Below are positions 14,121 to 27,446 of a DNA stretch of 64,000 nt, piece after piece. The number at the start of each line of letters is the position of its first letter. Positions within the stretch are counted from its first letter, which is position 1. Made by a program: the position numbers and the translations under genes. Below the pieces are notes generated by a model, which did not search any database, had not been told where the DNA came from, and saw only the letters and a list, made by a program, of their open reading frames with translations. Source of the stretch: Octopus sinensis (Eukaryota); contig NC_042997.1 in the NCBI RefSeq assembly GCF_006345805.1, forward strand, positions 101,060,001 through 101,124,000, given 5' to 3'.

Positions 14121-15960
14121 TGCCGTTGTGCTGTTGAAACTATTATTATTGAAAGTGACTAGCAATGGTTCTTCAATGCTACAAAGACATTCTGGGATAT
14201 TTCATTGCGGGATATGCTCTCTCGCATTCATCAACTTCACATTTGTATGTATGGACAACGTAAAGTTGATTGAGCTGATAAGAGTGGAAATGAAGGTAAA
14301 AAGAATATTGTGCTGTGGTGACGGAGATAAAAGGATTCCTCTACAAAGCGCAAAAGGAAAGATTGCTAGAATGGTATCTTTTACACATAGTTAGACCGGG
14401 TGGGCCTAGCGCTTAGGCAGAAGTAGTTCAAGGTGCCCATAAATTTATCCAGGCAGTTTGTAACTGTCTGATAGATATCGACCAGAATACTTAATATATT
14501 AACGTGAACTTCAACAAATTGCGGAAAGCGTTCCAGATCGTACGTATATAAGGTTTTCAAGGGGTTGGTTAAATTCCCTGTACAACGGAATTTTTGTGTT
14601 CATACTAAGTGAAATCACACGAATGATCCATGAAAGGTATCCTCTTTCATCCTCCTAGTAATATATACGGACTTTCGAGTCCCTATGGTAGAAAGTGGAA
14701 GTTTTGAAGGACATCTTACTCTAGTTTCTATGCAAGAAAGTCATACCAACATGCATGCATTACTTTACCGTAATGGTGTCGAATATATCGGAATTTGATG
14801 TTGTTAGGATCATATTGAAGGAGCATACTGAAGGAAAATAGTGTCGTCTTTAGCTGTTAAAGTTGGTGGAGAAGTTAGTTACGAAAGTTGTTGAATTGGC
14901 GAGCGCATGTATCATTTCCATTCTGTATTATCGCTTGATCACCGGCTTTACTTCTTTAACTTTCCTTATACCGTGGCTAATATTACGCAGATATGTAGTA
15001 TTTACAGAAATTCCTGAACGGGGAGCAGACGTAAATCACTGTTTTTGAAGCATGCTCTCTTACAGATCTTTTCTTTCATGGAGTTACTGTAGTGGGTTAA
15101 ACAAAGGACAAGATTAAGCGTTAGATATCAAACACTCATAATTTCCTACCAGTCGAATAACGCACTTGATGGAATGCTTACACCAACATTATAAAGATAT
15201 TTAGTGGTGAGTAACAGTGTCGACAATCACTGAGAGATCTTGCGCATCAATGATTAGTAAGTAGTTTAATCGGCTGGAATTTCGATCATGATATTATTGA
15301 CAATTTCTACAAATTACTGATCTAGTAAGATTACCTTGCTGGAAGGCATTACCAATTCAAAAAATCTATATTGGTGCGGAAATGCCATCAGTTGTATCTG
15401 TCTGAGATGAGCGGAGAACAACGTAACAGTTTTTGACGAACATTCCTGATATGTATAGTAATGTCGAACGGCTGTTACCGCGTGCAGGACGAATTCGGCA
15501 ATCGATTGTATCTTATTGTGTTTCTCATAATAAGTTTCTCAAATAGAAGAAAGTCACTTGCTGACCTTGGGCAAGAAGGGTTGGTTGTTTTCTTCTATCT
15601 CTTCTCTAGAGCGAAAGAAGGTTGTATGGTGAATGCAGTTGAAAGGGACGAGAACAGAACTCAGTCTCTTCAACCAATCTTTCACCAACTTCTTTATCTA
15701 CTTGAAGTGGAGGTGCTATCCATTTGATAAAAGGTGGATGCACAGGACGAAAATGTTACATATGATGGGCTAAATTCTTGAATTTTGCCAGGAGATTGCA
15801 GTCGAGAGAAGGCAGCAACCACCCAGAGTTCTTTGATCGTTCATAGTTGTCAGTTCTTACCCACTTGTGGGGGTTTTGTTTTATATTATATTAAAATTTT
15901 AAACCTTTTTTTTCTTTCCTGCTGTATCACGTATTGTTTTGTAACTTTTGTTTTGTACAA
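14120..15960 (-). mobile_element. Penelope-like retroelement remnant (tentative)
   Basis: Decayed minus-strand segments resembling Penelope RT (KTSTFYHRDS versus KTSVHYKPTDS) and the GIY-YIG tail (TIASHFN); many stops. Confidence 0.45.
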
Positions 15961-17300
15961 CTTTTTTAAAATTATATATGTACTGAAATACATTTCAGCA
16001 ATGCTTGGAATGAATGTCAGTATAGCTTCATTGATTGCAACATTTAGGGTGTAAAAGAATGACATACGGCAGTTTCTCTTCTGAGATCTTTCTCTACTCT
16101 TTTAGTAAGTGACAGATTTTTAACTGAATTAATTTCATTTTATAGTAGTCCGAGATAATGAAGTAAGAACCTGTGAAGACGAAGTTTTTCTAGAGCTTTT
16201 CGCCCAAGGGTTCAATCAATTACTGAAAGACTAAAGTAAAGAGCATGATTTAAATACAATAAAGCATCCAGTTTGACGAAAACATAGTGAAACAACGAGG
16301 AATTATGCAAAAGGAAGCAATAAATGAAACATTCATAATCATTGCGCACAGACTCTTATTTAATCAAGTTTGTGTTGCGTAATACAATCCATAAAGATGG
16401 CTTTGAATAATCAATGAAAAATATTATATCCACTTACCCTAAATATTAAAAAAAAAAACAACTTAAATTATTTACCATCGGAAAACTCACTTTTTAAGTA
16501 AAGAAACAACTAACTATCGCTTCTTTTGAAGCAGCATATTTTTGTTCCTGTTAAAACGTAGCATGCAAATATATACTGCAAGAAACAGAATAATTCAATA
16601 TGTTAATATGCTATTTCTTGGATATCAATTTGCTAAGAATGTTTTTAATACATTTTAGAATTCAAATTTATTCAATGTTACTAATTGAGACAATAATCGA
16701 TATGTCTTGAGTGTATTAATAATCTTTACTCTTTTACTGATTTTATTTCTTCAACTACGGATCGGTTGTGGTTTTTAATTGAACATAGCGATCTTAATAT
16801 TTATTTCAACCTGCTGCTTAATTTATCAATCTATATTTTATCGATTAACTAAGTTATCGTTTTGACACATGCACAAACAGACTCAAAAGCATAAACCCGT
16901 CTGCACATGAACATTTACCGAATGCATATCGGTCACTGAATGTAATGGTTAGGTGATGGCTGTGTGTATCAAGTTGAGAAAGCTGCGTTTGACGAAAAAC
17001 TGCGAGCTGCATAGTTGGTTATTTCAGGATGTTCAGAATAAACTGACAGAAAATGATATACTGTATAACTCTCATACTTTTATTTGACCGTTACGAAGTT
17101 TATCGTAACTGCAACGAGTTGGAGAAGTAGATTACAAATGGTAGTCTGGAGAATCGCTTGTCATTGTACTTGTAACAAGCATACTACTAAGGGGCAGGAG
17201 GAAAGAGAGGATTTAAGTCTCTGACTATTGCGGGCAGAAAGTGAGTTGTTAAATCAACCGCCCGAGGAAGAGAGGGAGAAAGAAGGAAAGAAATGTTACC

Positions 17301-17533
17301 CATTTCTTTACTACACACTAGGGGCTAAACACAGAGGGGACAAACAAGGACAGACAAACGGATTAAGTCGATTACATCGACCCCAGTGCGTAACTGGTAC
17401 TTAATTTATCGACCCCGAAAGGATGAAAGGCAAAGTCGACCTCGGTGGAATTTGAACTCAGAACGTAACGGCAGACGAAATACGGCTACGCATTTCGCCC
17501 GGCGTGCTAACGTTTCTGCCAGCTCGCCGCCTT
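17301..17533 (-). mobile_element. Full-length young tRNA-derived SINE with an 18-bp target-site duplication
   Basis: AAGGAAAGAAATGTTACC at 17283-17300 and 17534-17551; intact A- and B-box motifs; nearly identical to 28308-28543. Confidence 0.95.
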
Positions 17534-17869
17534 AAGGAAAGAAATGTTACCTCTCTGACAGTTGCTGAGCGATGAGAACATTCTTTTTCAGGCGACACAC
17601 ATTTAGACTTGTCCAAGCGTTAGAACTACATCAGTAACAATAGAGTTAAGTGGGTTATCTTGAATGAAATCAATTTCATCTCATTTGTTGGGGAATTTGA
17701 CAGATGACACACATAAATTCTGAGTGCAAACTTCAGGCTGAGGTTTCGATACCAGGTTGTGAACACAGTGTCCATACGCTACATACATATTCGTTGGAAA
17801 CATCATCAAAATAATATCTTTCAAAAGAAATGTGGAAACAATTTATAATTGTAAATACAATAATTTTAT

Positions 17870-18304
17870 TGTTTTATTTATTCCAGTCATTGGACTGCGG
17901 CCATATTGGGGCACTGCATTGAGGAGTTTAGTTGAACAAATCGACCCTAGTGCTTTTTATGTCTGGTAATATTCTATTTTAATTTTTGCTGAACTGTTAA
18001 ATTACAGGGACGTAAACAAACCAACTCTGGTTGCCAAGCACTGGAAGAAGAAACAAAGATATGTATTCAAAAAAATATTTATACGAGAGGCTTCCGCACA
18101 GTTTCCCTCTATCGAATTCACTCGCAAGACATTGGTCGGTTCGAAGCTATAGAAGAACTAACTTACTGAAAGTGTCGTGCACTGGAACTGAACTCGAAAC
18201 CACGTAGTTGTGAAGAGAACTTCCTAATCACACAGCCACGCCTGCACCTTCTTAATCACACAGCCACGCCTGCACCTTCTTAAGCATACAGCCAAGCTTG
18301 CGCC
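17870..18304 (-). mobile_element. CORE-like SINE with a triplicated 28-bp head
   Basis: Homologous to 36050-36445; head units at 18221-18248, 18249-18276 and 18277-18304. Confidence 0.85.
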
Positions 18305-18548
18305 TGCTTCATAGCTTTACATTAAATTTATTTGTAATGAAATGATAACTCAATAAATACGATGTTGTGCATCAAGATTATGATCAAATACAATTATAAT
18401 TTTGCCTCATTATAAGATTAAGTGCTGTCGAAATATCGTTCTAGGAGGTTATATATACACTAGCTGTTTTAATCATTGCTAATCGTCATAATGAACGCTC
18501 TCAGCATCCAGTTTGCATTCATTTTGGGAATGGGGGCAAGCCGATTGC

Positions 18549-18583
<35 letters not shown>

Positions 18584-18771
18584 CTGATTACATGCAATCT
18601 TGTATTTAAGTGAGTTTTCGTCCTTGCAAACACTTATTTTCTTTTGAATCAAACCCCAGATAGCCTGAAAATAAATTGAAAAATATATTTCGTTTTATAA
18701 GTTACTGTTATCATTTTGAAATTGTAATAAGTTCTTTACAAAATATTTATACAGTTTTTTTAATATTTTAC

Positions 18772-18895
18772 GACGAATATGTCTTTCCTTCAATTTGTTT
18801 TCGACTAATGCGTTCGATCAATTTGTCTTTCGAACAATTCGTTTTCAGTGAATATGCTTTCAACCGTTATGTGTTTTAATGATTATGCTTTGATG
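18772..18895. repeat. Degenerate ~15-bp tandem minisatellite
   Basis: Units such as GATCAATTTGTCTTTC, GAACAATTCGTTTTC and AGTGAATATGCTTTC. Confidence 0.6.
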
Positions 18896-19374
18896 GGTGT
18901 ATAGATTATAAAGAATTTTTAGGTATTTAACGACGTAACTTTAATAATGCATATCCTTTTTAAAGGCGGCGAGTTGACAGATTCATTTGCTTGCCAGATA
19001 GAATTCTGACAGCACTTATTTCGGCTCTGTGTGTATATCCTAGTGGTGTCAGGATCGATAAATATAGTAGCTTACCGGGACTATGAATTGACAGAATTGT
19101 TAGAGTGCTTTGCGAAATTTATTCCAGTACTTTATGTTCTGGTCCAGATTCAGGACTACAAGTAATTATAAAAGTGAAATAGAGGACGAGGAGGCTTGTA
19201 GCCGGAGAAGATTCCTTGCAATATACTTTCCAGCGTTTGATGTGTTGAGTTCAAATCCTACAGAGATCATCTTTCATTTTCATCCTTCTGGTATTGATAA
19301 ACAAAATCACAAGTAAAATATGAATAACTCCTCCAATCCGAGCTGCTGGACCTGTATCTAAAAACTAGAAAGAA

Positions 19375-20170
19375 TTATTATGAGATCTTACTTGAAATGG
19401 TTGAACAACAGACAAGCACAAGCACTTGTACAGTGTCGCAGAACTTGATCCTTCACAAAGCACCATCAATCTTCACTTCGATAAGCTCGACTTTGTGAAA
19501 GGACGCTGTTGAGAATCTCCTCCTGAATTGACCAGTAACTAGGCTTATGCAAACAACTGCTGGCAAATCCCTCGAGATACCCAATTTTAACATCCTATAG
19601 TAACTGGGGATGAAAAAATGGATATATTTTTGGAATTTTGGAATGCTAAGAGAAATCAGTCGCTTTGTTCTGGCCAGGCTTCAGAACCTATTCTCAAATA
19701 AAGGTGGCTTGAACAGGTCACGTTGTGTGTTTGGTGGAATTTCGAGGGGATGGTGAACTTTGAGCTTGTTTCAGATGATCATGCCTTTACACTCAATAAC
19801 AGCATCGAGTATATGCTGTTTTGAAAGCCCGCTATCCAGAATTGGTCAATCGAAGACGCGCATTCCCACAGCATAACAATGCTTCAGTACACGCTGCCAA
19901 TGTAACTAGGAATAAACTCGAGGAACTTGAGAGGCTGGAAGTGCTGCCTCATCTTGGCTACAGTCCAGACCATGCACCATCAGATTATGAACTACGGATC
20001 ATTTCCTGCGCGTACAGACGTTCGATAACGAGCATGAGATTGAAAACGGGTGCAGGGAGATTTTACTTCTAAACCAGTCAAATGGTATGAGCATGGAGGT
20101 GAGCTTCTGGCACAACGTAGACAACAGACAATAGAATATGATGCGATATATTTTGAGGAATAATAACATT
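19375..20170 (+). mobile_element. Mariner transposase remnant
   Basis: IVTGDEK, VTLCVWWNFEG, QHNNASVH and HLGYSPDHAPSDY motifs; frameshifted; no TIR recognised. Confidence 0.85.
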
Positions 20171-22149
20171 TTGTATGTAATTATTTTGAATAATTAAGGC
20201 TTGAAATACGAAAAAATATTTGACTCAACTTGGTAGTTAGTACTGAGCTTGAAAAATATGGAATTTATTCTGGAATGCAAGAGAAAGCAGGGACTATAAT
20301 ATGGGAGCGCATGTGAGAAAAGGGACTTCTTCCCTACTGTGAAGTTAGGGATGAAAGACAATGTGTAGTAAGAAACGATAAACAAAGAGATTGATACAGC
20401 AGGTCAAATAAAGGAGGATTGTAGCGCGTAAAGATTGAACCGAAGGCTCTGGTCAAGATTTACACGGAGGAAATGACTAATTCAAAGAAGCATTAAAATT
20501 ACAGAGATTTCGGTTTATGTACTAAATTTGTGTTAGGAGAATAAGAAATCTGGGTAAGATAATTGTAGTCTTAAAGTCTTTGAATAAGATTCTTTCAAAC
20601 AGAAGAAGTGAAATTAATTGTGTTTTAACTAGTAAATTTACGGACGAGAGGGGAAGGAAGCAAAACGATTAACCTTTTCGATTGAGTGACTCTTAATCTT
20701 TCTGGCCGTTGCTTAGCCTAAGGTCGGCTCTGATCAAGCAGACCTATGATCAAGATGTCTGTTCATCTGTTTTGATCATGCCATCTAATTTTCAAACTAT
20801 GTAACCAGGATTGCATTATACGATGTGTGTTTCCTTATTTAAGATGTTAAGTGAGATTTAGCCTGAGGGAAACTTAGCTGCTATATTCCAGCTGACGAAC
20901 AGACCACATTGTGGATCTGTTGCTGCTTCCTCGGAGATCTGCTACATGAATGATAAACTTTACACTTACAAAGAATGTGTTAAGTAAACAACTCAAATGG
21001 TCGATGACATGAATTTAGATAATTCAAGCAGATGATAATGTACTGACTGACACATGCAAAGAATTCTAAATAACTGAATTTTGCTTTTTAGTAGGAAGAA
21101 ACAAAACCCCACTTATAATTATCGGCGACTGCCAAAGAAATTGAATTTTCGTGCTAGGGAATAAAATCTAATTTTTGTCTGTAGGCAAGGAGGCAGCTTC
21201 GGACATATTTTAGCAACCTTATTAGACCTCATAAGCTGATGAGATCTAATACAACCAAAGCGTATACTCAGCTGTCATATTCTCTGTTCACATACACCAA
21301 ACATAAAGGATAAATTGTTTTATGGAATTCACTCTTAATTTCATGAAATTATTTTCCCCTTTCTTCGAGAGCTGGTAAGAAATATCACCAGGTTTTTGTT
21401 TTCTTTCGACAAACTACGTTCTTATGCATTGCGTATTCTTTTAGCTTGGATGTTAGTCAAGAGATGGTAGCCATAGAAACTTCAGGCGAGAAATGAAAAC
21501 ATATGTATCTTTAATAGACAGTATACAATATTTACCAAAGCTGATTTCGGATATTAACGAAATATGATTTCTATGCAAATGAGAAATTTTTCACAGTCGC
21601 ATCTATTAGAAACTTCACTGAATTATGGTCTATTCTGAATTGTTAATGTTTAAGCAGTTTCACCTTTAAGAACATGAACACAACATATGAAAGTACTTAT
21701 AATTCGTTCCAATAAGATTTATGAATAATGTCAACACTACCACTCTTAAATATTTCATCTCTAAGGATTCCTTTGTTGTAAACTTCTAGTCAAATAATTA
21801 TATATCCATTTGTTGCTTTCCCATCTAATTTTGCAACTGAAGACCAGTCGACAGGAACTCGCGTAAGTACACAGCAAATTAGACAAGTAAATCATTAACA
21901 TTCGTATAGAATCATATTACGAATATCAACATGTCTCAATGAGATGTTGGTGCCAAACAGAAGACTTCACCATATTTAATAATTAGAGGAAAGATATGGT
22001 ACAATGTGGTTATTCGCTGCCTTCTTTGTGATTTAGATACGACTAAATACTCTTCTATTTCACTGTACATACTTACTGGTCTTTGTTAGGAAGAAGAAAT
22101 GTTCCTGTAAACCTTAAAAGCCATACGACAGTGGTCGGATTAAACAGCA

Positions 22150-23000
22150 ATGACTCAGTGACTTGGAAAAAGTGAGCGAGTAGAGGAGTCCAGAGAGTTG
22201 ATATGTGTTTAGTATTGGGGCTGAAAGGGAAGACAAAGAATTGGTACTAGAAAGATGTTGAGGGAAAGTGAGGAGTAGCTGCATCAGAAGGCTTGGTTAG
22301 AAGCGGTTAGTATTGGTATGCAACTAACTGGCTCCGATGAGCAGAAATCGTTGTAGTGTAGGTGGGTATGAGACAGTAATGAAAACGCTGCATCTGTGGG
22401 ATTGAACATGTTGTTAATAGGATCATTATTTAGCAGATGGATTGCTTTCATCTGGATAAAAAGTCTTAGATGTGGGAGTTGCACATTATGGTTAATCACA
22501 ATCTTTGTTAAGATTCGGCAGTTGTTCCGGGCTGACGTTTTCGAACTGCATGTAGTTTATGAATAGAAATACGATTATTTCCTTGATGTGTGTAAGGAAA
22601 GCGCCTTTCCGTCGTGCGTTGTTGAAGGAAGATATTTTAATGTTTGTTTGAAAACGTTTTCGACGTCTCTGCTGATGGAAACAGTTTAGGTTGATGTCAA
22701 GTGTCAAAATTTCAAGTAGAATACGCCAGTGCGTGGAGGGTTTAAGTCGAGTAAAGAATGACAGCATTTGCATAATAGAGAACTGAGCTTTGGTATAGAT
22801 GACAAGGAGTACGTTGTTAACGTACAAGAGAAAGTGATTAGGTACAGCAACCAATCGTTAAGATTTGATGGAATTTGATGGGATCTGCGTCAAAAAGGAC
22901 ACCATCTACACTAATTTTACGGGAAGTCATTCAAGAGATGACTGTCTGATGGTTAGTTTGGACCGGATCTAGGTAGATCTTAGTTTAGACCGGTATAATG
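22150..23000 (-). mobile_element. Penelope-like remnant (tentative)
   Basis: Minus-strand fragments weakly resembling the Penelope RT-to-GIY-YIG linker; strongly decayed. Confidence 0.3.
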
Positions 23001-23344
23001 TTTTAACGAAGTTAAGTGTAACGCCATTATTTGCATCGAATTACGTCAAAGAGTGGGGGTCTATTATCGGGTTGTAGACAAGGTCGCCAATGCATCTGGC
23101 GCTACGGGAGCCGTACTGGATACAGTGAGGAGAGAAGAGAATCAAGGTATTACAAACGGTTCCTGAAAACTGCTGTTTGCATTACCTATGAAATGTTGCA
23201 TCAGAAATCAATAGGTCGACAGTTAGGAAGAATCAAAATGATTGCTCTACTTGTGGATGGGTGACACTGTAGTATTTATAGAAAGATCTTATAATAATTC
23301 TGCTTGTCATTCCGTTACTTAGCCCGTCAGTAACTCTTTCACGT

Positions 23345-23713
23345 GATTAGAGAAAAGAGGGAGAGAGAAGCGTCCATGGCGTGAGGTACAGGGAATGTAA
23401 ATGTAACGTTTTCACGTGATTGATGTAAGGGAGAGAGAGGAGAAAGAAAAAAGTGAGAGAAAAAGTGGATACGGTGAAGAGTAAGACTGAAAGAAGGAGA
23501 AAGAAAAAGAGGGAGAGAGAGAAAGACAGAAAGAGAAAAAAGGGAGAGAGACGCGTTCATGATGTGAGGTGAGGGAATGTATTATTTATTAAGTGGTTAA
23601 AAAAGACGTTAGCTGAAGGTAGTGATGATATAGAGGAGGAAAGTTAAAAATATAATTTTAGCAAAGGGGTAATGTTCTGATGGTGAGGTTAAAGAAAGGC
23701 AGAGAGAGAGATG

Positions 23714-23758
<45 letters not shown>

Positions 23759-23775
23759 GAGGGTGAGAGAGTGGT
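23345..23775. repeat. Purine-rich (GA)n low-complexity tract with a diverged internal duplication
   Basis: GAGAGAGAAGCGTCCATGGCGTGAGGTACAGGGAATGTA near 23360 versus GAGAGAGACGCGTTCATGATGTGAGGTGAGGGAATGTA near 23545. Confidence 0.7.
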
Positions 23776-25374
23776 GAAAGATGATGATGGTAGAGGTGGT
23801 GGTAGTGGTTGTGATGACTGCGGTGGTGACTGGATAGTGAAAAGCGTATTTTAAAAAATTGAACCAAGATTTTTATACCACCTATCATTTAATGCAGGCA
23901 CATAAGTGCAACTCCGTGAAATATTCACTCTTATTTACGTGACAGATATATGCAATTTAACAAAAGGTTCTATCATATGAACGGGATATTTTTTGTTAAT
24001 TGAAAAAATGGAAAAATACGAGTGAATATTTATTTTATGAGTGCTGTGTATTAAATTTATAAAATTATGCATAAAGCATATAAAGCGTATATATAAAGTG
24101 CATTAAGTAATCATCGTATTCCAATTTCTCTCTCACTTTTCGATGAGTAGAAGATGAGGTACTAACTTTCCATACAGAAACAACATAGGCTACGCTTTCA
24201 GGTTTTTTGGATAAATTTTTCAGAAATAAACCAATAAGTTTACCATTAATTCCATGAAATATTCACGGATCCCGCTAGTAAGAATTATTTCACTCGCTTT
24301 CTTAGCTGTCAAGGATAGTTGGTGGGAAACCAGTGAAGATCAAAATGTTATCTGACTTGAAGTATTTTAAGATCCGGGAGGTTTGAGTCGTTGAGTGTTA
24401 CGTGGCTGTGTGACGAATTGTCATAATTAAGCAGTGCTCGAAAGATCCAATACATATTATTCTGCCGGTTCACTATCGAATTATTCTGCCCTTGAAAGAA
24501 CTGTAAATCCAGAACATTCTACGAACTTCAGAATACTCGTGTAATTCATTATTAATAATCAAACACTGTTCAAATCTGAACTGGCAAAACTCAATAATTC
24601 AAAAATAGTATGCTGTAAATATTACTTATTAACAATGATTTTTTTTTCTTTTGTTATTTTCGTTTAGTCGGTGAAGATGGTTGACGCCTTTCGTTTTTAA
24701 TATTTCTTCCCATTCTGCCACAAGAAAAACTGCCAATGATAGCAAGTAGTTGTCGTTATGGCATAAACAAATCTAGCGCCCCACTCTTCAGTGACGTAAC
24801 ATTTCTAATAATAATACTGATTACGTTTTCTCATTAAGCCATTCGGTTCGAAAGAAAATATATTTTAATATGAAAAGAATGAAACCAGAGATCTTTACGA
24901 GGAATGGGCGCGATTATTGCAACGTTCATACTTCACTCAAGATCATTTGTAACGTAAGTAGAATAAAGTTATTTCCAAATAGATTACAGATTTAACTCAT
25001 CAGAAACATCTAGTCTACAACTTTGACTTATGGAAGAATGAAAAGAAAAAAAAAAAACGGCAACGAAGGGGCGATGCATACCTTACGTGCAGATAATTTT
25101 TTTCGCAAATTATAATGTGGCTTACAACGCGTTGCTTACCCATGGTTTTTAATTGAAATGAATTTATTTTAATATCACCGTTATAAGTATTTACTCTCCA
25201 GTGAAATTAAGAAATCAACTCGTAAATAAACGAAACCCTCGAATTCATCAGTGTACACATAGACACACACAAACACACGCACACGTACACACACACACAC
25301 ATACACACACACACACACACACAGAGTCGCATTGTATGTATGTATGTATGTATGTATGTATGTACGCACACGTG

Positions 25375-25399
25375 ATTTTATTACTACCCACAAGGGGCG
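25375..25399 (-). mobile_element. 25-bp SINE 3' terminus inserted with an 18-bp TSD
   Basis: ATTTTATTACTACCCACAAGGGG is the reverse complement of the SINE tail; TGTATGTACGCACACGTG at 25357-25374 and 25400-25417. Confidence 0.85.
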
Positions 25400-27021
25400 T
25401 GTATGTACGCACACGTGTCTGCGCGTATAGGTACACTATAGTCTATACAAACGTAGACGAGGGTTGATTCTTATAAAAAAGAAAGTGAACAAAATTATTT
25501 AACCACTTGCTTATCGGTAAATTTGTAAATTCGATTTGTAAAAAAAATATTTTTTTTGAAAAATAATCAAGTCAAATGTTCATCATTTCGAGCCACTCAT
25601 TCAATGAGTATTTCTGAAAAATGTGGTGGAAATCCGTTCAGCTTTTCCCCCGTAATTTTGCAAACACACAGACAAAGATGAGTGATTAAAATACCCTGAT
25701 TTCGCTACGCGCGCAGGGTAATTATTTCTGACACAGACACAAGGCTTCGGATTCAAGGAAATATAAATATAAATGTGGTGTTTATTGTTTTCGTATTTAT
25801 ACAAGCGAACATCGAAAGGCAGTCGGTCACACTTGTGCCAAACAAAAGAGTTGTTTTTAAGAGTCAAAAAACTGAAATATCAACTCGCTTATTCCCTGCT
25901 ATAGTTATGTACAAGTACCACGAGTAGATAAGATTTACTGTTGTCAATAAATAGAGGCAGTACTGTATATTTTACGAGCGTTTCTTTGCTATGCAGTTCT
26001 GAGTTCAAATACTACTATAGTTCTGAGCTAGAAAGCTATATAATAGTAAATGAAAATGAATATTTCAGTGTTACTACTCACAATTATGACACTGAGTTAG
26101 CTGCTATTATTTGCCAAATATAATGGCAGACTACGCTCCCTTATAAACATACTTCTTCTCTATGCTACTGACAACAGTAAAAATAAATTTAAAAAAAAGA
26201 AAAATAAAAAAGCCAATTATATGAGTTAGCAGAACAGTATTATTAACGAATGACATCAGAATGTAATTATATATGCTTATATTTATTTTTTAGTAGTATT
26301 TTAATGACAAGTCATAGACATCGTAATAAACAAAATATGATGCTTAATATTTATGACCGTTCGCCAAGCTGTAATACTGAGTTACAAAGCAACGAGAGAG
26401 CCTTTACATAGTCACCCGACATGCAAAATGTAGCAACCAATTCTCTTTCAGAACTCCATTGTTCCTTCTTATAATGAGACACATTGGGTAATGTGGTCCC
26501 GGATTTCCTGCACACAGATGGTCATGAATAGAAAACCTTTGTTCATATGTGTGCTCAATCCGACAGCAGTGATGCTCGGTTACCATTTTGAAGGGTTTAG
26601 TCAGCCCCAGTACATATTTTCATCAGGAACATATTCGAACGGCCTCTTTGGCCCAACTACTTGGTTACGAGGTCGTAAACCCCCAACATCTGGTCATCAA
26701 AAGATGAGAGACAAATAGAAAAACATAGACATGCAGGCACATGCACAAGTACAATTTGCTCACACATAATATATAAGCATACATTTGTATGTAGGTAAAT
26801 ATACATAGATACATTCATACATATTGGTTAGTTGAGGGTTATAGTCGACAACGCTTGCCCAACGTGCCACGCAGTTGCAGACTAAGCCCCTTATAAACAT
26901 GCTTGTACTTTATGCTGTTGACAGCTGTAAAAATTTGAATAGTAATAATAATCCTTTCTACTAAAGGCACAAGGTCTGAAATTTTGGGGAAGGGGACAAG
27001 TCGATCACATCCACAAATATG

Positions 27022-27414
27022 ATAAAGAAGTAAAGATAATAGATGTTGCAATACCAGGTGATTCGAGGGTGAAATGTAAGGAAACAGAAAAGATTGAGAA
27101 ATATCAGTCACTGCGGGACTAGATAGGAAAGTTATGGGGTACGAGAAAGTAATGGTGATACCTGTGGTAACTGGAGCATTATGAGCAGTTTCCAAGGGCT
27201 TTGAAAAACATATTAAGAATATTGGAACTTCTGTCAGGCTCGAGGTGATCCAGAAGACAGCATTGTTGGATACAGCTCGCATTCTAAGGAGAGCATTGTC
27301 TCTTTGTGTCACAGGAGAAGGCACTACTTGAAACCTTTGGTGATTTGTTATTGCCTGTTTTCAAGTAAAGAATAACCGGGAATTAAGAACTATCCGGGAG
27401 TCTTTCAGAATAAC

Positions 27415-27442
<28 letters not shown>
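27022..27442 (+). mobile_element. R4/Dong-clade retrotransposon 3' end (restriction-like endonuclease region) with (AAT)n tail
   Basis: IIDVAIPGDSRVKCKETEKIEKY..VIPVVTGAL..LEVIQKTALLDTARILRRAL with two stops; (AAT)n at about 27410-27443. Confidence 0.88.

Positions 27443-27444
<2 letters not shown>

Positions 27445-27446
<2 letters not shown>

Noticed and set aside
18772-18895. CRISPR-like array
   Set aside because: Degenerate 15-bp units without unique spacers, eukaryotic context, no cas genes
21835-21868. Possible microexon ending in GTAAGT (similar donor near 4097)
   Set aside because: Isolated splice-like motifs are expected by chance; no supporting ORF or neighbouring exon
26839-27324. 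161-aa minus-strand ORF
   Set aside because: Antisense to the R4 endonuclease fragment and a SINE tail
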